Virus record (IMG/VR): IMGVR_UViG_3300017963_000190
Coordinates: 1-64,000 of that record
Reading direction: 5' to 3' (one strand)
Length of the DNA: 64,000 nt
Shown: positions 1 to 9,785 of the stretch, in pieces
Layout: each line of letters starts with the position of its first letter
Numbering within the stretch: position 1 is the stretch's first letter
The notes under the pieces: generated by a model
Database searches by the model: none
What the model saw: only the letters and a program-made list of their open reading frames with translations
What the model was told of the DNA's origin: nothing
Translations under genes and position numbers: made by a program

Positions 1-164
1 CTAGTGTAGAAGTGCTTGCACTCAACACAGACAAGTGGCAGCTCAATAACAGGTTTGTAGACTTTGACTACTTTTCCACACTTGGGGCAGGCGACCGGTA
101 CCAACTCTCTCTTCCCGAGATGAAGTTCGGCTGTGTGTCCGAGTGTTTTGATTCCGTATTTCAT
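1..164 (-). CDS. hypothetical Zn-finger protein (runs off window)
   Basis: ATG at 164 overlaps upstream TGA (ATGA); reads MKYGIKTL..CPKC..CVEC and stays open to the window edge. Confidence 0.65.
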   Translation of the reverse strand, partial: MKYGIKTLGHTAELHLGKRELVPVACPKCGKVVKVYKPVIELPLVCVECKHFYT

Positions 165-439
165 GTGTGTTCTCTTTCAAAAAAGCAATCGTGTCCAACA
201 AAACCATAGCTGTCTGGAATCTCTTCGCGCTCTCCTTGCGAGTAGGGCACATAATGCGCATGCAGAGCTCCAGTAGGATCCCTAAAAATCAAGAAGACGC
301 GTTTCTCATTGGAAGGGACGACTTCCAGATCAAGTTCGTGGTCCTTAACCAGAAGAAACTGCAGGCCACATGTTGGGCACTTCTCCATTTTATTGGAGAG
401 TGCATCCCAACTTTTCGCTATGCGTAGCAGCTCCCTCAT
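161..439 (-). CDS. hypothetical protein
   Basis: ORF coupled to both neighbours by 4-bp overlaps. Confidence 0.7.
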   Translation of the reverse strand: MRELLRIAKSWDALSNKMEKCPTCGLQFLLVKDHELDLEVVPSNEKRVFLIFRDPTGALHAHYVPYSQGEREEIPDSYGFVGHDCFFEREHT

Positions 440-1050
440 ACTTTCTTATCCAGAATCTTAAGCACTTCAGCAGCGGCCTCTCCATGGCTGGTTTCGTTTG
501 CCCATTTTGCTATCTGCCGGATCTTGATCCATTCTTGTACATGATCGGACAACACAGGCGCCACAGTCTCTGCCGCTTGAAGGAGCTCTTTTGCCGCGCC
601 CATAAGCTTGTCGGCAACCAATGAATTACGACGCACGGCTTCCCGTAGAGCCTGATCCTTGGTGACAAGTAGCGGCGTAAAGTGTCCTGTCCCATCGCAG
701 ACAGGATCGGCATCTGGGAACGACCACCCTTCGTAGTCTAGGCGACGTAGGGTGTTTGCATTGGTGGCTTTGTACGCCTTGTGCTTTTGTATCCACAGAT
801 CCATGACTTTGAGGTCGTTACGGAATAGCGCGTAGGCGCCTTCATTCTCTACACGTCTCTGCTCATCCTCACTCCAACGATTTTCGATGGGGCCTTTACT
901 GTGTTTTCGTTTTCTGTCGTCGTAACCACACAGCAGGCAGTAATGCCCATACCCATTGCTTCGGGTAACGGAGGAATGGAGAACTTCTTGGAGAGTTCCC
1001 CAGCTAAATTCCCTGCCGCAGTAGGGACACTTGAACTGGTGGTACTCCAT
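436..1050 (-). CDS. hypothetical protein, N-terminal Zn ribbon
   Basis: 204 aa; CPYC..CLLC. Confidence 0.75.
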   Translation of the reverse strand: MEYHQFKCPYCGREFSWGTLQEVLHSSVTRSNGYGHYCLLCGYDDRKRKHSKGPIENRWSEDEQRRVENEGAYALFRNDLKVMDLWIQKHKAYKATNANTLRRLDYEGWSFPDADPVCDGTGHFTPLLVTKDQALREAVRRNSLVADKLMGAAKELLQAAETVAPVLSDHVQEWIKIRQIAKWANETSHGEAAAEVLKILDKKV

Positions 1051-1052
1051 GC

Positions 1053-1586
1053 CTACTTCCCTTTCTCCTGCTCTAGCAGTTTGCGCACCTTATTGAGCTC
1101 ATCCTTGGTGTGCACGACACCCCCATCGTTGAGTTCCAGGTACCACTGAAGAACCTGCACTCTGGTGGCCAGCTTGTTGACGTGGAACTTGGTGGCAATG
1201 TGTATCAAGTTCCCCTTGTATTCTGAGCGTAGCTGGCCAAATGCAGGGATCTCATCGGTCAGAAACCTGGTGATGGCTTGCACCCGCTGCTTCCCATCGA
1301 CCAGCACCATTGGGCCGCGAAAGTCTCCCATCCATCCTGGGCAATTCCAGTGAAGAATATTGCCAGACTGTCCCGCGCGCAGGCAGAATTCCACGTAAGC
1401 GATCTGCTGCTTCTCTGTCCAAACATGCGCTCTCTGAAAGTCCGGATCCAGCTGCGCCTCGTGTTCGGTAATGTAACGGTCCAGGTGTTTCAGGAAATGC
1501 CCCCACGAAACATCAACCAGGTAACCGCTCCATGGCGTAAAAGACGGTATGTCAAAAAAGCTTTTATATTTCTTCTGGGAGGGCAT
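1053..1586 (-). CDS. DUF262 (GmrSD N-terminal/ParB-like) domain protein
   Basis: motifs PDFQRAHVW and VDGKQR typical of DUF262. Confidence 0.8.
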   Translation of the reverse strand: MPSQKKYKSFFDIPSFTPWSGYLVDVSWGHFLKHLDRYITEHEAQLDPDFQRAHVWTEKQQIAYVEFCLRAGQSGNILHWNCPGWMGDFRGPMVLVDGKQRVQAITRFLTDEIPAFGQLRSEYKGNLIHIATKFHVNKLATRVQVLQWYLELNDGGVVHTKDELNKVRKLLEQEKGK

Positions 1587-1935
1587 CTTTTTCCTCTAGG
1601 AGTTTCCCTTCTCCCTTTTGCTCGAAGACTAAAGCATGGCCCAGGACCTGCAGACGATAGCGCTTTGCTGGAACAGGGCTGCCACTTTCGTGAGCAACTT
1701 CTACTTCCTCTGCCTGCCCATCATGCAGCTCGGCTACACTGTCGACGATTTGACGAAGGTACTTGACCACGTAATAGTCCACACAGTACAGATCCGCCCA
1801 CAAACCAATGGCCTCGTTAAGCATCTTTTTTGTGGGCATCGTCTGGTAAAATTGAAAGGTGTACTTGCACGTTGGGTTATCCAGGCAAGTGACGACAACT
1901 CGCGGCTGCATCGAGCAGCGTACCCATTTAGGCAT
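1564..1935 (-). CDS. hypothetical protein
   Basis: start moved to ATG 1935 behind AGGAGG. Confidence 0.7.
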   Translation of the reverse strand: MPKWVRCSMQPRVVVTCLDNPTCKYTFQFYQTMPTKKMLNEAIGLWADLYCVDYYVVKYLRQIVDSVAELHDGQAEEVEVAHESGSPVPAKRYRLQVLGHALVFEQKGEGKLLEEKDALPEEI

Positions 1936-1981
1936 AGTACTCAACCTCCTGCGGGAATTATAACCAGGCTGCTTGACGACG

Positions 1982-2323
1982 TCAAGGTTTACCGCCACAA
2001 TCCCACGGGTGCATGCGGCGGAACGTTTCCCAGAAGAGAATACGGTACACGTCTCGGCCAAGGTCCGTGAAGCGCACACGCACCCACGAACGCTTCTCTA
2101 GCAAGCCGTGACGTAGAAGCACTTTTATAGTGTTCTTGCTTGGCTTCTCTTGGAAGTGATCGCCTTGGGGGTCAAACCACTGCCGAAGACTTTCTGGGAT
2201 CGTGCGGAAAGCGAGGCAATGCCCCATACCGCCGTACATGAAAATAGTGCGGCGCTGCCTGGCATTGAGCTGTCCGAGGATTTTGTAGGGTTCGAAGACG
2301 GAGTGGGTAATGTTGCTGGGCAT
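1982..2323 (-). CDS. hypothetical protein (possible winged helix)
   Basis: LLRHGLLE..VRFTDLG C-terminal pattern. Confidence 0.65.
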   Translation of the reverse strand: MPSNITHSVFEPYKILGQLNARQRRTIFMYGGMGHCLAFRTIPESLRQWFDPQGDHFQEKPSKNTIKVLLRHGLLEKRSWVRVRFTDLGRDVYRILFWETFRRMHPWDCGGKP

Positions 2324-2342
2324 GGGATGCCTTCGGGAGCAG

Positions 2343-2534
2343 TTATTCTTGAAGTAGCTCCCTCTTCAGACTTTTGTGGAACCTGATGCACACCTTACAG
2401 ACTTGTTCTTCTGATTGGCTATACCTAGGGTTGCATATATCATAGTACACCTTAGTTAACTGCACGGCCGAACGTAGAACATCAGCTTCAGTAAGCTCAC
2501 CTTTGCGTCGGCCAGAGCTCGGTTTGTTTTCCAT
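2343..2534 (-). CDS. hypothetical protein
   Basis: 63 aa ORF in operon. Confidence 0.6.
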   Translation of the reverse strand: MENKPSSGRRKGELTEADVLRSAVQLTKVYYDICNPRYSQSEEQVCKVCIRFHKSLKRELLQE

Positions 2535-3138
2535 CTGGTTTCCTTTCCTCCCTGATCTTTATTTCCCATCCCTCTCTTTTCGCGAGCCTGCGTCGAGCGT
2601 GGAAGTGCGCGTTCAGCCACGGGCTTTCGTCCACGAAGTCGCGTACCACAGGAGGTCTTTTTGGAGGAGGCGGTGTGGGTGGAATAATGAGGCGCGTTCT
2701 ACCAAGCCAACTCGTCCTGTTCGGCGTCAGCATGTACAGCGCATCAAAGGCCCCAACGAACTTCCGAGAGTAGAGGTACACGTCGATGGCCTTGGAAGCA
2801 AGCAAAATTTGCTGCTCCCCCTTCCCGATCTTCGTGAAGATGTCTGCCCGCTGTGCCTCCTTGGTGCGGCCATCCAAGATATCGATGTCGCTGGATCCGA
2901 GGTGCGTTCGTATCGCACGTAGGTATGAGAGCCGGTCGCTGACGCAAAGAACCTTGCGCCCTTGTTCGAGATCCCCCTTGATTAAGGAGGCAATAAAACG
3001 AGCGCGTTCATCGCAACCCACTACCTTCCTAAGCAGCTCATTCCAACGGTAGTGAGACGGCCAGCTTTGCGGTAGCTCTTGAAAAGTGCAGCCCGTGTTA
3101 ATGAACGTGACCTCTGGAGTAGTTTTACTTTCTGTCAT
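2497..3138 (-). CDS. SF2 helicase C-terminal-like domain protein (degenerate)
   Basis: ER..FIA..I, KVLCVSDR, LDGRTKEAQR, V.DFVD pattern; no Walker A/DEAD half. Confidence 0.6.
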   Translation of the reverse strand: MTESKTTPEVTFINTGCTFQELPQSWPSHYRWNELLRKVVGCDERARFIASLIKGDLEQGRKVLCVSDRLSYLRAIRTHLGSSDIDILDGRTKEAQRADIFTKIGKGEQQILLASKAIDVYLYSRKFVGAFDALYMLTPNRTSWLGRTRLIIPPTPPPPKRPPVVRDFVDESPWLNAHFHARRRLAKREGWEIKIREERKPDGKQTELWPTQR

Positions 3139-3334
3139 CGATCTCTATCTTCATGGGCTCCCAAATAGAGCCGGTACTGTCCCATGTAAAGGTGCGTCCA
3201 CAAAAACACTTATGGTAGCGTTTCACAGGAGGAAGCCCAGATCCGCATAAGCATTTCATCTGACCCGCCGCTATGATGGCGTTGGACATCATCATAGCAA
3301 ACTTGTAGACACTGTCTTCATCTTCGCGGGACAT
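3125..3334 (-). CDS. small Cys-rich hypothetical protein
   Basis: CLCGSG..CFCG. Confidence 0.6.
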   Translation of the reverse strand: MSREDEDSVYKFAMMMSNAIIAAGQMKCLCGSGLPPVKRYHKCFCGRTFTWDSTGSIWEPMKIEIDDRK

Positions 3335-3343
3335 GGACTCTTC

Positions 3344-4009
3344 CTATGGTGAGCTAGTGAGCCCAAGTCTACGTATACACACTCTACGGGCAGCGTTTAT
3401 TTCGTGCGTGTCTGTATCTGCGTCCAACGTAAAGTAAGACTTGTGCATGTCTCGTTTACATTCACCGGCTAACGTTGCGCGTTTTACTGAAGTGTTGGCA
3501 GCTTTGCTTTTATCGAGAATCATTCCAAACATGTAGTAGTAGGATTTTCTCGTCTCACGCGCATTTCCTGGACCGATGATGTAGCTAGCATGACAAGCCT
3601 CCAGGGCTAGCTTAACGCTGCAGCTGCGCGTTTTTGTTACAGCTAAAATTGATTTAACTGATGAAACGGTGGCGGTGGCCTTTATGAGGCAGTACGCAGC
3701 AGCACTTCGTGCACCTGCTGTACTAGATCGTGCTGTGGATACATCTTTTACCATAGACAACATGACGTTACATGATCCCAAAATCGAGGCGGTTTTGCGT
3801 GCCGCTTTCAATTTCTCTAGGTGCAGGCTCATACTATGGTACCACAACAAACTCTTACCTCTGAATGCTTCGCCGCTCTTTGGATGTGTAGCAGAACATC
3901 GCAGAACGTTGAGGGCTTTGTAGCAAGTTTTTGGGTACGTCGCTTCAGCAGTCGGGGCGGCGAAGCAAAGCGCAAGAAAGATTAGTACGGCGGTCAACGT
4001 GGTTTTCAT
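3344..4009 (-). CDS. putative secreted Cys-rich protein
   Basis: signal-peptide-like MKTTLTAVLIFLALCFAAPTAEA. Confidence 0.7.
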   Translation of the reverse strand: MKTTLTAVLIFLALCFAAPTAEATYPKTCYKALNVLRCSATHPKSGEAFRGKSLLWYHSMSLHLEKLKAARKTASILGSCNVMLSMVKDVSTARSSTAGARSAAAYCLIKATATVSSVKSILAVTKTRSCSVKLALEACHASYIIGPGNARETRKSYYYMFGMILDKSKAANTSVKRATLAGECKRDMHKSYFTLDADTDTHEINAARRVCIRRLGLTSSP

Positions 4010-4287
4010 TACGTTCCTCCTCCATCAGAAAGCAAGCCGCTTATCTGCAGCCGCTTCTCTAGCTTCTTTTGTTGCATCCCAGACTTTTCTTCAGCCAGGT
4101 AGCGATCGGCGAGGAGCTCGCAGATTTTTGTGGCATTCAATCCCATAGCCAGCGGTCCGAGGGTGTCGGCGATCACCTCTACTATTTTCGCGCACTCTGC
4201 TCGGCTCACGTTGCATTGAATACCATCCGCTGCTTCGGTGCGCAGGTAATCGTAGGCGTAGGTAAATGGGTATCTGCTGTCACTCAT
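4009..4287 (-). CDS. hypothetical protein
   Basis: AAGGAG RBS, follows promoter at 4310-4337. Confidence 0.75.
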   Translation of the reverse strand: MSDSRYPFTYAYDYLRTEAADGIQCNVSRAECAKIVEVIADTLGPLAMGLNATKICELLADRYLAEEKSGMQQKKLEKRLQISGLLSDGGGT

Positions 4288-4309
4288 ACTAATCGTTCTC
4301 CTTGCCTCA

Positions 4310-4337
4310 AGTATAAACGGCTAGCTTGCGATGTCAA
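4310..4337 (-). promoter_or_regulatory. sigma70-type promoter
   Basis: TTGACA-N16-TATACT. Confidence 0.75.
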
Positions 4338-4354
4338 GGTACACAGAATTTTCG

Positions 4355-4984
4355 TTATTCTACAGTAATGACCTGTGGTTCCGCTCCTCCGTGAGCGGGC
4401 TCCAAATTAAATACCTCATCGAAAGCATCTTGAGGTTCGTCAAAAATGCAGATCGTGTGGACAGGTACATTGAAGCCCTCGCCTACGTGCTCAGCATCTG
4501 CCCACACATAAGACCGCAGATGGCCACGAACGCGGTAATCATCTTTCGCCGCCTCCACGCACACCCGGAAATAATCGCGCAACAGGAACACGCGACCGTC
4601 TACTAAGGATTTAAAGGGATATCCTTTACGCAGAACTAGATCTCCGGTTGGCGGTCGACGGCGTATCAACGTCAACACCACCTTCGCACGCGCTCCTGAT
4701 GGATTCGGGCCTTTGTTCTTCTCCACCTCAAAGTGCGTGTAAAGTGGCTCTGATGTATTATTGTCGAGCAGCTTCAGCTCCGCGCGCTTTTCAGCTTCCG
4801 GTTGATACCAAGGCTGTTTTTGTTTTGGGAAATGCCTTTGCAGCAGATCAGTAATCATTTGCGCAGGCACCCGGACTGGCTCCCATCCACTAGAATAAAA
4901 ATCCTTGTACATGGCATTCCTACTCCAGGGCAATCCAGTGAGAGGGGTGCTGCGCAAGAGATCTCGCAGAAACATCGCCGGCAC
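4355..4984 (-). CDS. hypothetical protein (possibly the 3' part of a gene starting at 5176 with an in-frame TGA)
   Basis: 209 aa ORF; see finding. Confidence 0.65.
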   Translation of the reverse strand: MPAMFLRDLLRSTPLTGLPWSRNAMYKDFYSSGWEPVRVPAQMITDLLQRHFPKQKQPWYQPEAEKRAELKLLDNNTSEPLYTHFEVEKNKGPNPSGARAKVVLTLIRRRPPTGDLVLRKGYPFKSLVDGRVFLLRDYFRVCVEAAKDDYRVRGHLRSYVWADAEHVGEGFNVPVHTICIFDEPQDAFDEVFNLEPAHGGAEPQVITVE

Positions 4985-5162
4985 TTTGACCGTTCGATCC
5001 TCATGCAGGCTGCGTCGACTGTACTTCCTTTCACTGCGATCCGCGCTGGCAACGATTCACTGGCAACGCAGAAGAAGCTTGTCAAGATCGACAGTCTCCA
5101 AAGGACCGCCCTCCCGAAGCCTTCCTCGCCAAACGCACGTTCCTGCGTTGGTTACTATGTGG

Positions 5163-5534
5163 CTATTCTTGCTCATCGTCTTCTACCTCTTCTGGATTCT
5201 TCTGGTAGGCCAAAACAAAAGCTCTGCGCAGCGCAGCGTTCTCTTCTTTGATCGCGGCCACCTCGTCAACCTTTGGGTCCCCGCGGCCCAAAAACTTGCA
5301 TGTGAGGCAATCAGCTAGCCCCTCGCGGGCGAGAAGGAGCTGATCCTCTAAGGAGAGTTTTTGCTCGCTAAGCGCCTTCCATGCTTGTGTAGGAACAGGT
5401 GGCATTGGACAATCATGCAGGTTGATGCAGCTAACGACATCGTTCATTGGGACTTCCCAAGGACCTCCACATAGAGGGCACACATGCTTTTCTGTGATCT
5501 TTGCGATCACACCCATTCTCTTGTCAGTCATCAT
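5163..5534 (-). CDS. hypothetical Zn-finger protein
   Basis: CPLCG..C..C; coupled. Confidence 0.7.
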   Translation of the reverse strand: MMTDKRMGVIAKITEKHVCPLCGGPWEVPMNDVVSCINLHDCPMPPVPTQAWKALSEQKLSLEDQLLLAREGLADCLTCKFLGRGDPKVDEVAAIKEENAALRRAFVLAYQKNPEEVEDDEQE

Positions 5535-5718
5535 CCAGCTCGCTTTCTATTTTGTCCCATTTTTTAGTGCCCCGATTAGTTTTCCACTGCTCCAAGCCGT
5601 CGCTACCAGACATGACCCCAACAGCAGTAAAGGCAAGAATTATCCGGATGCGAAAATAGCCGACCACAATCACAACTATAGACAGAACGAAGTATAGAAG
5701 GAAAGTTCCAAAGCTCAT
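5524..5718 (-). CDS. small membrane protein
   Basis: hydrophobic N-terminus. Confidence 0.65.
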   Translation of the reverse strand: MSFGTFLLYFVLSIVVIVVGYFRIRIILAFTAVGVMSGSDGLEQWKTNRGTKKWDKIESELDDD

Positions 5719-5720
5719 AA

Positions 5721-5993
5721 CTACCCCCTAAAAGCCCACCAGGCAATTTGTCTAATGCGTGCGTACTGTGATTTCCACCGAGCTATTACATCAGGCCCAT
5801 CGCACGCTCCGCAGATCAATGCATTGAATGCGCCTGTGGTGTCGTCGCTGTTCATGTAGAGGAACCTCCAGCGGTCGCCTACTTGGAACTTGTGGCCGCA
5901 TAAGTAGCAGCGGAAGTTTTTGGGATCACCGCTCCACCGTCGTTTGAGGTCCTCTTCGGTAGCAATCCGTGGTTTACCATCTACGAAGGACAT
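5721..5993 (-). CDS. hypothetical Zn-finger protein
   Basis: start at MSFVDGK; CYLCG..CGAC. Confidence 0.7.
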   Translation of the reverse strand: MSFVDGKPRIATEEDLKRRWSGDPKNFRCYLCGHKFQVGDRWRFLYMNSDDTTGAFNALICGACDGPDVIARWKSQYARIRQIAWWAFRG

Positions 5994-6001
5994 ACGCTCT
6001 C

Positions 6002-6337
6002 TCACTCTTGCCCAAGGATGCGAGTCTTCACAGCCTTGAACGCTTCGCGGCAAATGTCTTTCCTCGTTCCTTCCGGCAACTGTTCCATCAACGCGTGCGC
6101 CCACGTGCTCCAGATTTGGAATTGCTGCTCTGGTGTGAGGTCCCCTCCGGTGAATCCATCGAGCGAGACAATAACAGTACTTAAACCACCAGGGCCACCT
6201 GGACGTCCTATGATGGATGCCACGACAATGCAATCGCATCCACCTACCCGACGTTCTGCGAGCTCTTCCTTGGTGATCCCATTTTCAGGAAGTTCCACCT
6301 GGTAGGCAATTTTATATCGGTGTTCTTCGTCTGGCAT
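6002..6337 (-). CDS. hypothetical protein
   Basis: TAATG coupling. Confidence 0.7.
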   Translation of the reverse strand: MPDEEHRYKIAYQVELPENGITKEELAERRVGGCDCIVVASIIGRPGGPGGLSTVIVSLDGFTGGDLTPEQQFQIWSTWAHALMEQLPEGTRKDICREAFKAVKTRILGQE

Positions 6338-6588
6338 TACATGTCGTCCTTTCTTGCGTAGGTTGCATTACCGTACCTACGCTCGTTCTCCTCTTCGATC
6401 TGCTCAACAGGCTTTCCATCCAAGACTTGTAGGAGATCGGACGCACAGCCATCGATAGCCCACTCCTCTTCAGCAGAGAAGTTGTCGGCTGCATCTGCGG
6501 ATTGGTTACGCCAGTATTCCACCAGCTGCCGCAGTTGAGATCGAAGCGCTTTCAAATCGCCTTCGTGGTCTGGTATTACCTTTGCCAT
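6337..6588 (-). CDS. hypothetical protein
   Basis: coupled ORF. Confidence 0.7.
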   Translation of the reverse strand: MAKVIPDHEGDLKALRSQLRQLVEYWRNQSADAADNFSAEEEWAIDGCASDLLQVLDGKPVEQIEEENERRYGNATYARKDDM

Positions 6589-6821
6589 GGGAGGGGAGCT
6601 CCTTCTAATTGCTCCTCGATAGCCATCTGCCTATGAGGAGCGGCTTCCTTGTTCATTGGTCGGCAGCCCTCGGGAAGCTTATCGACGTAGCGGATGCACA
6701 GAAAACCTGGTACCGCCTTATGCTCCCCCGCAATGAGCCACCTTCCTCGGGGCTTGTCAACCCGGAAGACCTCCGCCTGGAAATCAGGTTCTTCTTTGGG
6801 TCTCCAGATATACGCAGCCAT
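6576..6821 (-). CDS. hypothetical protein
   Basis: GGAGG RBS. Confidence 0.7.
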   Translation of the reverse strand: MAAYIWRPKEEPDFQAEVFRVDKPRGRWLIAGEHKAVPGFLCIRYVDKLPEGCRPMNKEAAPHRQMAIEEQLEGAPLPWQR

Positions 6822-6830
6822 TTATGCCTC

Positions 6831-7049
6831 CTAGCTGTTCATAAGGATGAACAGGATAAGTATGATGATGTTGACGCTCGACAGCGCAATGCTCACCCAG
6901 AAGATGTGCTTAGCGCGGTGCGCGAGCAGCAGTACCTCGTTCATACGCTGTGCTGTTGGACGCTCACACTCGTAGAATTCCCGTACGCCGTCACGTACTG
7001 CCAGGTGTTCCACATTTCCATAGTGATTGATTCGCTCCACGTATTTCAT
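6831..7049 (-). CDS. small membrane protein
   Basis: ATGA overlap; C-terminal TM helix. Confidence 0.65.
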   Translation of the reverse strand: MKYVERINHYGNVEHLAVRDGVREFYECERPTAQRMNEVLLLAHRAKHIFWVSIALSSVNIIILILFILMNS

Positions 7050-7537
7050 ACGCCACCTTTCTTGGGCCAACCTTCCACCGTCCACTTGAAGGTGGGTACC
7101 CAGTTTCCGAGCTCCTTGTCCTCAATATATTTCCGGCCGTCTAGGTACTGTTTCTCGAAACGCTTCTGCGCTATCTTTGGGTACGGTGTAAAGTCAACGG
7201 TGGCAAGCGGAGTTTCCACACCAGGCACGTGAACCTCCCACCACTTTTTGATGCGATCTGTACCGAAAGGAACTTGGACAAACGTCTCCCGATAGATGAG
7301 CAGGAGGTTTACCTCTTCTGTAGGAAGCTTCTTAATCGCCGCGTCCTTCAAAGGAGCCTTCTGTACGTGCCCCTCAATCTCGTACCCGTTCTGCATGAGG
7401 ATAGGGCTGAAGTAGATGCGCGCACCATTGTCCAGCTCCAAGCTCTGTACCGCGTACACCTGACGCTTCAGCTCATCTGTCACACGTTCTTGGTGAACAG
7501 CTACTATCCGTTTTCCTACGACGTCACGCGATCTCAT
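7046..7537 (-). CDS. hypothetical protein
   Basis: ATGA coupling. Confidence 0.7.
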   Translation of the reverse strand: MRSRDVVGKRIVAVHQERVTDELKRQVYAVQSLELDNGARIYFSPILMQNGYEIEGHVQKAPLKDAAIKKLPTEEVNLLLIYRETFVQVPFGTDRIKKWWEVHVPGVETPLATVDFTPYPKIAQKRFEKQYLDGRKYIEDKELGNWVPTFKWTVEGWPKKGGV

Positions 7538-7824
7538 TGCGTCTCCCCTACCTTTGGCATAGGCATGGCATCCAGCAATTCCTGATTTTCTGCTTCGAGC
7601 TCTTCTATACTTCGTTCTAGTGCACTAATGTGGTTCTGTAGTTCTTCTACCTCTGCATCGCGAGAGCTGTATCCCTCTTCCTTCCCTTCCTCAAAGGCCC
7701 GGTCCATGCATTGACTGCAGGGATCGACTGTGATCTCAACGCCCTCCACACTGGTCTGTGTGCACAAACCCTCTCCACACTCACACCAGATCTCGAATTT
7801 CACAGCGGCGTCTAATGTTGGCAT
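7534..7824 (-). CDS. hypothetical coiled-coil/Zn protein
   Basis: CECG..C..C plus coiled coil. Confidence 0.7.
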   Translation of the reverse strand: MPTLDAAVKFEIWCECGEGLCTQTSVEGVEITVDPCSQCMDRAFEEGKEEGYSSRDAEVEELQNHISALERSIEELEAENQELLDAMPMPKVGETQ

Positions 7825-8423
7825 TCCTTCGGCTCCAGGATTACCTGTGTTTTTACGGTCACCTTAGAAATCGGAATCCCCTCAACGTAGGTATGTGCGA
7901 GCGTAGACCCGCGCATTACCCGCATAGCTTCTTCTGACAGGCTCACATGTGAGACACGGTTCCTTTCTATGCGATCCTGCGACTCGTGTTTACGCGGGCA
8001 CCAAAACTTTCCCCAGTGCTTTGGATGCGGATAAAGCAGGGCGTGAACAAGATTGTCCTGGAGACAGTGCGCGCACAAATGATCGGTATCGATACGCGTA
8101 GCGGTATAGTGGGCGTCATGGCCAAATACGACCCTGCATTTGGGACACACCGCAATGGCCCCTCCCTTCGACATCTCGAAGGAATTTTCTATTAGCCACA
8201 CGTAATCCATTCTGTAGAAGTGTAGAGAATCCATGTAAGGCCCCTTACGACAATTGGGGCACTTTGCGTACAATGAGACGGCCTCTTCGGGGGCAATTCT
8301 CGGCAAGAACGACTTCACCTCCTTGTGCAAGCTAGGAGGAAGTTGATCATGCACGGCAGCCAGCATCTTGTACGTGTGCTGCTTGATGATCTGCGGCATC
8401 TCTATCTTCGCTGGTTTAGGCAT
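7812..8423 (-). CDS. hypothetical Zn-finger protein
   Basis: three CxxC motifs. Confidence 0.7.
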   Translation of the reverse strand: MPKPAKIEMPQIIKQHTYKMLAAVHDQLPPSLHKEVKSFLPRIAPEEAVSLYAKCPNCRKGPYMDSLHFYRMDYVWLIENSFEMSKGGAIAVCPKCRVVFGHDAHYTATRIDTDHLCAHCLQDNLVHALLYPHPKHWGKFWCPRKHESQDRIERNRVSHVSLSEEAMRVMRGSTLAHTYVEGIPISKVTVKTQVILEPKECQH

Positions 8424-9252
8424 CGTCCTTCTCCGTTGCGCGGTAGACGCCCTTTCGAACCAACTCCACCATGTCCTTTTGAACGCAGCGATACAAAAAA
8501 CTGGTAACCGCCGATCGTGACAGTTCAGGGAAACCAGCGTATTCCATACCCTTAGCCAAGCTCTGCCAAGAAAACGGTTTCCTAGCTAGCATGGTTTTTC
8601 CTCGCACGGACATCCAGGCGGTAGCTGCTTCCGTCCATTTACCGGTACGTGCCCATGCGTACCATCCCCTACGTACGCGGTGGAGCCTTCCTTGCTTCAT
8701 CTGCGCCCAAAGGAACTTGGACACTTGCTTGCGGTTCTTGATCTCGAAGTTGTCTTTGCCAGTCAGCAAAAGGAAGAGATCTTCCGATCGACGTCCGCTC
8801 CCGTAGGCTTCCTCTAAATACTGAAGTGCGCGTACCTGCCATTCAGATAGAGTATTGTCTAGGTAGGCAGCCTCTTCATCTGCACTCAGCTTGTCCTTTA
8901 CTTTCTTCTCCTTTTCAGGAGCTGGCGGAGCGGAAGCTTTCTCCAACAAAACATCGATCTCGTGGTCGTCTTGAACCATCAACGCTTCCATTGCATCGTT
9001 GTGCTTTTTCGCAAGTAGATCGGCAGACAATTCGCTTCCCAATGGCTTAATAGGAGGAGCCGTGTACGATTCCCGCAATGCCAGGAGCATGCGCAGCTCT
9101 GCCTGGCAGATATCGATTTGCCGCTCTTCTCGATGCAGCAGACTCTGCGCATCCTCGATCTGCTTCCGTATGCGCTTGGCTGTATCGGAGGACTCTTTCA
9201 ACCGTGCGAGCGTGGAGTTCACCAGCTCTTGTAGTAGGGCTCTCTGGGACAT
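8416..9252 (-). CDS. coiled-coil protein with two winged-helix-like repeats
   Basis: repeats RLHRVRRGWY and VELVRKGVY. Confidence 0.7.
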   Translation of the reverse strand: MSQRALLQELVNSTLARLKESSDTAKRIRKQIEDAQSLLHREERQIDICQAELRMLLALRESYTAPPIKPLGSELSADLLAKKHNDAMEALMVQDDHEIDVLLEKASAPPAPEKEKKVKDKLSADEEAAYLDNTLSEWQVRALQYLEEAYGSGRRSEDLFLLLTGKDNFEIKNRKQVSKFLWAQMKQGRLHRVRRGWYAWARTGKWTEAATAWMSVRGKTMLARKPFSWQSLAKGMEYAGFPELSRSAVTSFLYRCVQKDMVELVRKGVYRATEKDDA

Positions 9253-9785
9253 TATGTCTCCTTTTCTGTACGGAATTCTTTGAATGCTGTTCCAGCTTTG
9301 TCTGCGAACTCAAGGGCCTTTTGCCATATCGTGTAGCTATACTCTTTGAGTTTTTTGTTTTCGTGTCTGAGGCGACGGATCATTGCTGGGAAATCCCCAG
9401 GCGTAATTTGAGGGGTGCCAAGTGCCTCGGCGATTGCTAGCAGCACGTTGTGCTTCTGCACGTTCTGCTCTCGGAGGTAAGGAATCATGAGCGCGTGGTT
9501 AGAGGGGATGTCTTTTACTTGAGCCTCGATGACGTAGTTCCCATCAGTAGGTTTCGTGGTGAACACTTCATGTTCTCCAACGGCTGATTCTCGCAGCCAC
9601 ACAGACATAAGCATCTCCGCTGGACTGGGAGGATTTTCCAACTGCTCTGTAAGGTCCTCCACCTGCTTTTCAAGCCGCTCTATTGTCGCCTCGTGCTCCT
9701 GGACACTCTTGTACAAGACGTCTCTGTCGGCGATGAGCCGTTTTAGTTCCAACTCAATGTTGGTCCGCCCTTCGGAATTATTCAT
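9252..9785 (-). CDS. hypothetical coiled-coil protein
   Basis: coupled ORF. Confidence 0.7.
   Translation of the reverse strand: MNNSEGRTNIELELKRLIADRDVLYKSVQEHEATIERLEKQVEDLTEQLENPPSPAEMLMSVWLRESAVGEHEVFTTKPTDGNYVIEAQVKDIPSNHALMIPYLREQNVQKHNVLLAIAEALGTPQITPGDFPAMIRRLRHENKKLKEYSYTIWQKALEFADKAGTAFKEFRTEKET

Noticed and set aside
9472-9481. Plus-strand CGGAGGTAAG as another anti-RBS site
   Set aside because: It lies inside CDS 9252-9785 (codons YLR) with no promoter or terminator, so it is probably chance. It also shows that such matches can occur randomly.
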